This document shows, piece by piece, positions 54,714 through 60,501 of a stretch of 60,501 nucleotides of DNA (the first letter of the stretch is position 1; the number at the start of each line of letters is the position of its first letter). Position numbers and translations under genes: made by a program. The notes under the pieces were generated by a model, which was not told where the DNA came from, ran no database searches, and saw only the letters and a program-made list of their open reading frames with translations. Source of the DNA: a virus (lineage: Duplodnaviria > Caudoviricetes); IMG/VR virus record IMGVR_UViG_3300030116_002908, positions 1 to 60,501 of that record, one strand, 5' to 3'.

Positions 54714-55093
54714 TGGGTGCACTTAAAGATTGGGTTAAACAAGATTGGGTGCGAATCGGCACTGACGGTAAAATTAAAGGTAAATGTGGAACTTCTAAAG
54801 ATAAAAAAAACCCAGACAGATGTTTGCCAAGATCCAAAGCAAATAGTTTATCACAAAAAGAGAGAGCGGCTACTGCAAAAAAGAAAAAACGTGAGGGGTC
54901 AAAGGGCAAAACTTTTGTATCTAATACTAAAGCAGCGAAGGTTACAAAGATGGGAACAGGTGGAGCTGTACCAAGCACAAAAGCAAAAAGACCCTTTAAA
55001 GGTAAAGTAAAAACAGGTAGTGTAGTAGCTAGAGGCTGTGGAGCTGTTATGTCTAACAGACGTAAGGTTACAAAGGGTTCAGTAAGTAGTTAA
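54713..55093 (+). CDS. Basic protein, DUF5872-like
   Basis: LKDWVKQDWV...CG...RCLP. Confidence 0.65.
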   Translation: MGALKDWVKQDWVRIGTDGKIKGKCGTSKDKKNPDRCLPRSKANSLSQKERAATAKKKKREGSKGKTFVSNTKAAKVTKMGTGGAVPSTKAKRPFKGKVKTGSVVARGCGAVMSNRRKVTKGSVSS

Positions 55094-55107
55094 CAAAGGA
55101 GGGCAAA

Positions 55108-55377
55108 ATGCCAGCAAAAAAGAAAAAAAATATGAAGAAAAAAGGTTACGCCAAAATGATGGGTGGAGGTGCAGCCGGAATGAAAAAGAAAGGTTTCGCT
55201 AAAGGCGGAACTGTGAAAAAGATGAGAGGCGGCGGTGCAGCCGGAATGAAAAAGAAAGGTTACGCCAAAGGTGGTGCCGTTAAGAAGATGATGGGTGGCG
55301 GTGCAGCTGGCATGAAGAAAAAAGGTTTTGCCAAAGGCGGTGCTATCAAGAAGATGAGAAGAGGCGGCCGAGCATAA
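55108..55377 (+). CDS. Lys/Gly/Met-rich repeat protein
   Basis: Tandem MKKKG[YF]AKGG.VKKM.GGGAAG repeats. Confidence 0.7.
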   Translation: MPAKKKKNMKKKGYAKMMGGGAAGMKKKGFAKGGTVKKMRGGGAAGMKKKGYAKGGAVKKMMGGGAAGMKKKGFAKGGAIKKMRRGGRA

Positions 55378-56046
55378 GTGCCTTATCTTCAAAGTAACAT
55401 CCCGCATTTCAAATGCTGGGTGAGAAGAGAGTATACGCACAATCACGAAAAATATCATGGTGAATTTATTCATGCTATGGCAATCGCAGTCACCACTGTG
55501 CCTGATAGATGTTTAAGTTTTCAAATGATTTTTACAGGTTGTGAGTCTGATTTTGATGAAAGTCAAAATATTAACGGTGGGGCTATGTGGGCTCGTATGC
55601 CGATTACAGCTCTAGTTGCAGATACTCCTTTGGACAATTGGCCAGAGCCTATGCCTGTTCATTTAGTCCAACCTTGGGATTGTAGTTCTCATCATCATTC
55701 AATAATAAAACTAGACCGAGTAAGCTCAAGTCCTTGGAAATGTAAGATTGATGGTAAATTTTACACAGGTAAATACCTTTTCACTGTAGATTACACAGAG
55801 TCAGATATAGCCGATGATCCTGCTCAACATAAACAAAGTCATGTAATAGAATTAACTGATGCTGGTAAATGGACTGGAAATATAGTAGCATTACCTAATA
55901 ATAGGGTTCGTGCGACGAGTCCTGCGTTATGGGAAACAGGTGAAGGTGCACCTGATTTTAAACCAAGCCAGTGGATTCATAATGCAGAATGTGATAATAG
56001 TTATATGGACCCAAGTGTTACGTTTGATAATTTGTATAAGGATTAA
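55378..56046 (+). CDS. Conserved hypothetical phage protein
   Basis: GGAMWARMPITAL, QPWDCSS, QHKQSH, ALPNNRVR. Confidence 0.75.
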   Translation: MPYLQSNIPHFKCWVRREYTHNHEKYHGEFIHAMAIAVTTVPDRCLSFQMIFTGCESDFDESQNINGGAMWARMPITALVADTPLDNWPEPMPVHLVQPWDCSSHHHSIIKLDRVSSSPWKCKIDGKFYTGKYLFTVDYTESDIADDPAQHKQSHVIELTDAGKWTGNIVALPNNRVRATSPALWETGEGAPDFKPSQWIHNAECDNSYMDPSVTFDNLYKD

Positions 56047-56048
56047 AT

Positions 56049-56717
56049 ATGGCAACTTCTAATTCAACAGACTTCGAGCTAGACGTAGCTGAATACATTG
56101 AAGAAGCTTTTGAGCGGTGTGGCTTAGAAGTTAGAACAGGGTATGATTTAAAAACAGCAAGACGCTCTATGAATTTAATGTTGGCGGAATGGGCAAATAG
56201 AGGTCTTAATCAATGGACTATTGAACAACGCACACAAACAGTCACAGCTGATGATGTTGATTATTCCTTGGGTACGGATGTCATAGATATTCTATCGGCC
56301 GTGGTAAGAAGAAGTGGCACAGACTTTAGTTTAAGTAGGATTAGTAGAGATAGCTATTTATCAATACCAAATAAAACTACAACAGGACGTCCAACACAGT
56401 TTTTTTTAGACAGACAGATTACACCTAATTTAAAAATATGGCCTGCTCCTGAAAATAGTACCGATGTAATTCATTATGATGCTTTAACCAGAATACAGGA
56501 CGCAGATGGTTCGGTAAACACTTTAGAAGTACCTTTTAGGTTTTACCCTTGTTTGACAGCTGGTTTAGCTTATTACATTTCTTTGAAAAAAAATCCTAAC
56601 TTAACACAAATGTTAAAAGCGATTTATGAAGAAGAATTTGAAAGAGCGATGGGTGAAGATAGAGATAGATCAAGTTTTACAGTTACTCCTGAATACAGTT
56701 ATCTGAGGAGTAATTGA
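56049..56717 (+). CDS. Head-tail adaptor-like protein
   Basis: IEEAFERCG...TARRS.NL...EWANRG; WPAP; VPFRF. Confidence 0.65.
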   Translation: MATSNSTDFELDVAEYIEEAFERCGLEVRTGYDLKTARRSMNLMLAEWANRGLNQWTIEQRTQTVTADDVDYSLGTDVIDILSAVVRRSGTDFSLSRISRDSYLSIPNKTTTGRPTQFFLDRQITPNLKIWPAPENSTDVIHYDALTRIQDADGSVNTLEVPFRFYPCLTAGLAYYISLKKNPNLTQMLKAIYEEEFERAMGEDRDRSSFTVTPEYSYLRSN

Positions 56718-57220
56718 TGGGTAGATTTGCTACAGGCAAACACGCTTACGGCATTTCAGACCGTTCAGGTATGAGGTATAGATTAAGAGATATGAAATTT
56801 GAGTGGAATGGATCTTTAGTAGGTCCTGATGAGTTTGAACCAAAGCACCCTCAATTAGGTCCTTTTCATGTACCCTCTGATGGTCAAGCAATTAAAAACG
56901 CAAGGCCCGCAAGAACAGAAAATCCGATTGAACGGTTATTAAATCCAGACTCTTTTCTTTCAGGATCGACAGGTTCAGCTGTAATAACTGTTACAGAACC
57001 AAGTCATGGCAGAACAACTGGTGATACGGTTAGGTTTAAAAAAGTAAATGGTTTTGACGGATTTACTCCATCTGTTTTGACACAGTCTATTGGGTATAGT
57101 ATAACTGTAGTAACAACAGATACCTACACTTTTAGTGCTAACGGTCAAACAGCAACAGCTGGAGGCTTAAAAGGTGGAGGTGTTGATGCAACGGCAGGAC
57201 CAGTGAGTGTGACACCATGA
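56714..57220 (+). CDS. Virion protein
   Basis: GISDRSG.RY...EPKHPQL; ITVT..SHGRTTGD.V. Confidence 0.6.
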   Translation: MMGRFATGKHAYGISDRSGMRYRLRDMKFEWNGSLVGPDEFEPKHPQLGPFHVPSDGQAIKNARPARTENPIERLLNPDSFLSGSTGSAVITVTEPSHGRTTGDTVRFKKVNGFDGFTPSVLTQSIGYSITVVTTDTYTFSANGQTATAGGLKGGGVDATAGPVSVTP

Positions 57221-57864
57221 GTTTTACATACGCACAATTAAAGACAGCAATACAAGATTACACAGACAATGCTGAGACTACTTTTGTAAATCATTTGAAT
57301 GACTTCATAAAAGCATCAGAAGAAAAATTGTTAAAGTCTGTAGATCTTGATTATTTTAGAAAAAATGTTACAAGTACTTTAACTTCATCTGATCAGTTTC
57401 TAACAGTACCTACAGATTATTTAGCATCTTTTTCGTTACAAATTACTACTTCTGGATCAGAAAGTTTTCTTTTGCAAAAAGATGTAAATTATATAAGAGA
57501 ATATACGCCAGCTGCTTCAACAACTGGATTACCCAAATATTATGCTAGATTTGATGAAAACAATTTTATATTGGCCCCTACACCTGACACTGCCTACACA
57601 ATTGAATTACATTATTTTTACAGGCCTACTAGTTTAACTGCTGGAGCAGATGGTGGGACAACTTGGTTAAGTACAAATGCACCATATGCTTTACTTTACG
57701 GATCGCTCATAGAAGCGTATACTTTTATGAAAGGCGAGCCTGATGTCATACAAAATTATACAAATTTGTATATGCAGTATTTAGAAAGAGTTAAAGATCT
57801 TGGAGAAGCAAGAGAAAACACAGATGGATATAGAGTTGGTCTACCATCAAGGCCAAGAACATAG
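57217..57864 (+). CDS. Tail adaptor/tube-like protein
   Basis: TYAQLKTAIQDY...GLPKYYA...APTPD...TWL..NAP..LLYGSL. Confidence 0.65.
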   Translation: MSFTYAQLKTAIQDYTDNAETTFVNHLNDFIKASEEKLLKSVDLDYFRKNVTSTLTSSDQFLTVPTDYLASFSLQITTSGSESFLLQKDVNYIREYTPAASTTGLPKYYARFDENNFILAPTPDTAYTIELHYFYRPTSLTAGADGGTTWLSTNAPYALLYGSLIEAYTFMKGEPDVIQNYTNLYMQYLERVKDLGEARENTDGYRVGLPSRPRT

Positions 57865-57873
57865 GAGTAGAAA

Positions 57874-58347
57874 ATGGCAACAGCAAATGCAGCAACCACC
57901 TTTTTAGAAAATAGACTTCTAAGTTTTATTTTCAAAAATAATGCCGCATCGTTTAGTTCACCAGGTGATAGCATTTATGTTGGACTAGCAACGGCAGTAT
58001 CTAATTTTAATGACTCAACGGGAGAGTCTGGAGATCCAACAATAACAGAAGCAACTTTTACAAATTACGCTAGAGTACAAGTTACTGCATCTAATTGGAC
58101 ACTAACTGCTGAGTCAGCAGATACACAGACAATAAAAAATGCAAACAACATAGAGTTTGCCGCCTCTGGCGGAACTAACAATACGATCACTCATGTCTTT
58201 GTAGCAACTCATGCAAGTGCTAGTTTAGATGTTGTAGGATCTGGTGGTAATGTTTTGTTTATAGGTGCACTTGATGCAAGTAAGGCAATAGCAAGTGGTG
58301 ACATATTTAGAATAAATGCAAACAACTTAACGATAGAGCTTAAATAA
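57874..58347 (+). CDS. Tail structural protein
   Basis: FLEN..L...YVGL.T...NYARV...GN.LF.GAL. Confidence 0.6.
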   Translation: MATANAATTFLENRLLSFIFKNNAASFSSPGDSIYVGLATAVSNFNDSTGESGDPTITEATFTNYARVQVTASNWTLTAESADTQTIKNANNIEFAASGGTNNTITHVFVATHASASLDVVGSGGNVLFIGALDASKAIASGDIFRINANNLTIELK

Positions 58348-59723
58348 TGGCATTAGTATTAAACGACAGAGTAAAAGAAACAACCACTACAACTGGTACT
58401 GGCACGTTTACTTTAGCGGGTGCAGTAACTGGTTTTGAAACTTTTGGAACTGGTGTTGGTAATTCTAATACAACATATTATGCAGTAACATTACCAGGGT
58501 CAGCAGAGTTTGAAGTGGGGTTAGGTACGTTAAGTAGCGATTCTTCAACACTTGCAAGAACTACAGTTATTAGTAGCTCTAATAGTGATAATGCAGTCAA
58601 CTTTAGTGCGGGAACTAAAACTATATTTTGTACACTACCAGCGTCAAAGACTGTGTTTTTGGATGCAAGTGGTAATACAACATTAGGTGCAGATTTATCT
58701 GTAGGTGATGATCTTACAGTTAATGGTGGTGTGATAGAATTAAAAAACACTGGTGCACAATCAGAGCTAAGAATGTATTGTGAAAGTTCTAATGCTCACT
58801 ATGCAGCTTTAAAAGCACCTGCCCACTCTGATTTTGCAGGCAATACAACATTAACCTTGCCTGCCACCACAGATGTTATTGTAGGTAGAGCAACTACAGA
58901 CACTTTAACAAACAAGACATTAACAACACCTACAATAAATGGATTTAGTGGTACAGGTAATGGAACTATTACTGGTGATTTAACACTTACATCTACAGAT
59001 GCAGGTGCGTCTGAAGATCCAAATTTAAATCTAATCAGAAACTCATCTAGTCCAGCGGCAAATGACTTACTTGGAAGTATTTCTTTTAAAGGAGAAGATG
59101 CTGGAGACAATGAAACAACCTACGCAAAAATACAATCCGTGATAACTGATACTACAGATGGAAGTGAAGATGGTTTATTAAGAATAAGGGCAAATATTAA
59201 TGGATCAATGACTACTTATTATGATGCAGGTTTTGGTGCTAATTTCTTTTTCAAAAAAGTAGCTTTACATACTGGTGTTGATCTTTCTTTTGAGGGTGCA
59301 ACTTCAAATGAACATGAAACAACATTAACAGTATCTGATCCGTCACAAGACAATACTATCACACTACCAGATGCAACTGGGACAGTGGCTTTAACATCTA
59401 ATATTCCTACTTCTGGTATCTCAAGTGGCAACGTAGCCACTTTTACATCTGGAGTTGTAGACAACGATTTCTTGCGTGTAGATGGAACATCAATAGAGGG
59501 CAGAAGCGCAAGTGAGGTTTTGTCTGATATTGGTGGTCAAGCAAGTTTGACTTTTGGCATATCAAATACAAACGCAGTAAAAATTGACAGTACAAGTGTA
59601 GCTGATGATGAGTATGCAAGATTTACAGCTAATGGTTTAGAAAGTAGAAGCACATCAGAGGTAGCAAGTGATATTGGTGCAGCAACAAAAGGATTTGCAG
59701 TAGCAATGGCTATAGCGTTATAG
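58347..59723 (+). CDS. Tail fibre protein
   Basis: MALVLNDRVKETTTTTGTGT N-terminus; TLTNKTLT; C-terminal GFAVAMAIAL. Confidence 0.75.
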   Translation: MALVLNDRVKETTTTTGTGTFTLAGAVTGFETFGTGVGNSNTTYYAVTLPGSAEFEVGLGTLSSDSSTLARTTVISSSNSDNAVNFSAGTKTIFCTLPASKTVFLDASGNTTLGADLSVGDDLTVNGGVIELKNTGAQSELRMYCESSNAHYAALKAPAHSDFAGNTTLTLPATTDVIVGRATTDTLTNKTLTTPTINGFSGTGNGTITGDLTLTSTDAGASEDPNLNLIRNSSSPAANDLLGSISFKGEDAGDNETTYAKIQSVITDTTDGSEDGLLRIRANINGSMTTYYDAGFGANFFFKKVALHTGVDLSFEGATSNEHETTLTVSDPSQDNTITLPDATGTVALTSNIPTSGISSGNVATFTSGVVDNDFLRVDGTSIEGRSASEVLSDIGGQASLTFGISNTNAVKIDSTSVADDEYARFTANGLESRSTSEVASDIGAATKGFAVAMAIAL

Positions 59724-59732
59724 GAGTAAAGA

Positions 59733-60059
59733 ATGGCACAAGATTTTGAAAGAAATACAGCAAACGCAGTTGGAACTGGTGCAACAACACTAAGAACAGC
59801 AAACTCAGATGATGCCATAGTAGGAATAACAGTAGCCAATGTTACTACTTCACAAATAACTGTAGAGGTTTATATTAATGATGGTTCTAACGATATACAT
59901 ATTGTAAAAGACGCACCAATACCTGCTGGATCAAGTCTACAAGTTCTTGATGGCGGTGCTAAGATTGTTATGGTTAGTGGTGATGCGTTAAAAATTAAAA
60001 GTAATACAGCAAGTTCTGCTGATGTATGGGTGTCAGTTGTAGACACAATTAGTGAATAG
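59733..60059 (+). CDS. Tail fibre-associated small protein
   Basis: IVKDAPIPAGSSL...KIV..SGD.LK. Confidence 0.65.
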   Translation: MAQDFERNTANAVGTGATTLRTANSDDAIVGITVANVTTSQITVEVYINDGSNDIHIVKDAPIPAGSSLQVLDGGAKIVMVSGDALKIKSNTASSADVWVSVVDTISE

Positions 60060-60068
60060 GAATAAATT

Positions 60069-60501
60069 ATGCCTTTGATTGGTAACAATATATCACCAGC
60101 TTTTGAGAGCAACAAGACAAGAGTTTAGTGGCGATGGCAGTACAACAACTTTCACATTAAATCAAACTGTAAGTTCAGAACAAGACATTGTTGTATCCGT
60201 AGATGGTGTGGTGCAAGAGCCAACTGGAGCTTACACTGTGCCAGATGGTACAACTTTAACATTTTCAGCAGCACCAAGTAATAACTCTGGCAATAATATT
60301 TTTGTCATGTTCTTTGGTAGAACATTTGGAACAGTTACCCCAGCAGCAGAAAACAAAGGTAACTTTAAATCTGGTGGTATATTTAGAACTAATGCACAAA
60401 GTTTAACTTCTAACGCAACTATACTTGCTACAGAGAACGCACAAGTTACAGGTCCGTTAACAGTTGCATCTGGTGTGACTCTGACAGTTGAAAGTGGTGG
60501 A
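60069..60501 (+). CDS. Tail fibre anchor-like gene, 3'-partial, apparent frameshift near 60110
   Basis: MPLIGNNISPAFES then +1 frame TRQEFSGDGSTTTFTLNQ... Confidence 0.55.
60131..60501 (+). repeat. Imperfect terminal direct repeat of 1-371
   Basis: First 55 nt identical, then about 30 substitutions over 371 nt by manual comparison, no indels. Confidence 0.9.

Noticed and set aside
101-60115. Numerous short antisense or alternate-frame ORFs in the track (e.g. 11132-11611, 17598-18011, 50204-50566, 55090-55473)
   Set aside because: They are shadows of longer, motif-bearing genes and lack RBS support.
1-60501. tRNA, rRNA, integrase/att, intron or intein, stop-codon reassignment
   Set aside because: None recognised by eye. 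Core genes have normal lengths, and TAA, TAG and TGA all act as stops. A tRNAscan-SE run would be needed to be certain about tRNAs.

Overview
The window looks like an essentially complete, circularly permuted ~60 kb AT-rich dsDNA tailed phage genome. By gene content it resembles marine uncultured / HTVC023P-type podoviruses; this assignment is inference, with no search run. Modules: tail fibres and tail (1-10.8 kb and 56-60.5 kb); internal/ejection proteins (10.8-21.1 kb); M15 endolysin; replication (SNF2 helicase, SSB-like protein, AEP primase, UvrD, family A DNA polymerase with Leu762); a regulatory region (RHH protein, DNA methyltransferase, iteron-like repeats, TerS); a cassette-like early region (34.4-39.7 kb); then TerL, portal, holin, GroES, scaffold, major capsid and a cluster of small basic proteins. 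I saw no integrase, RNA polymerase, RNR, tRNA or CRISPR array. The most striking unannotated signal is a candidate ~130 nt three-hairpin sRNA (32237-32365). Its single-stranded seed is complementary, partly through G:U pairs, to a conserved leader upstream of the Shine-Dalgarno (SD) site of seven early genes, and its terminator loop carries an anti-SD. Other highlights: a duplicated four-gene tail-fibre module with dual-coded junctions, a short xGG peptide tag shared by many unrelated putative virion proteins, a DUF6884 + ART-like polyvalent protein, and a palindrome cluster before TerL.
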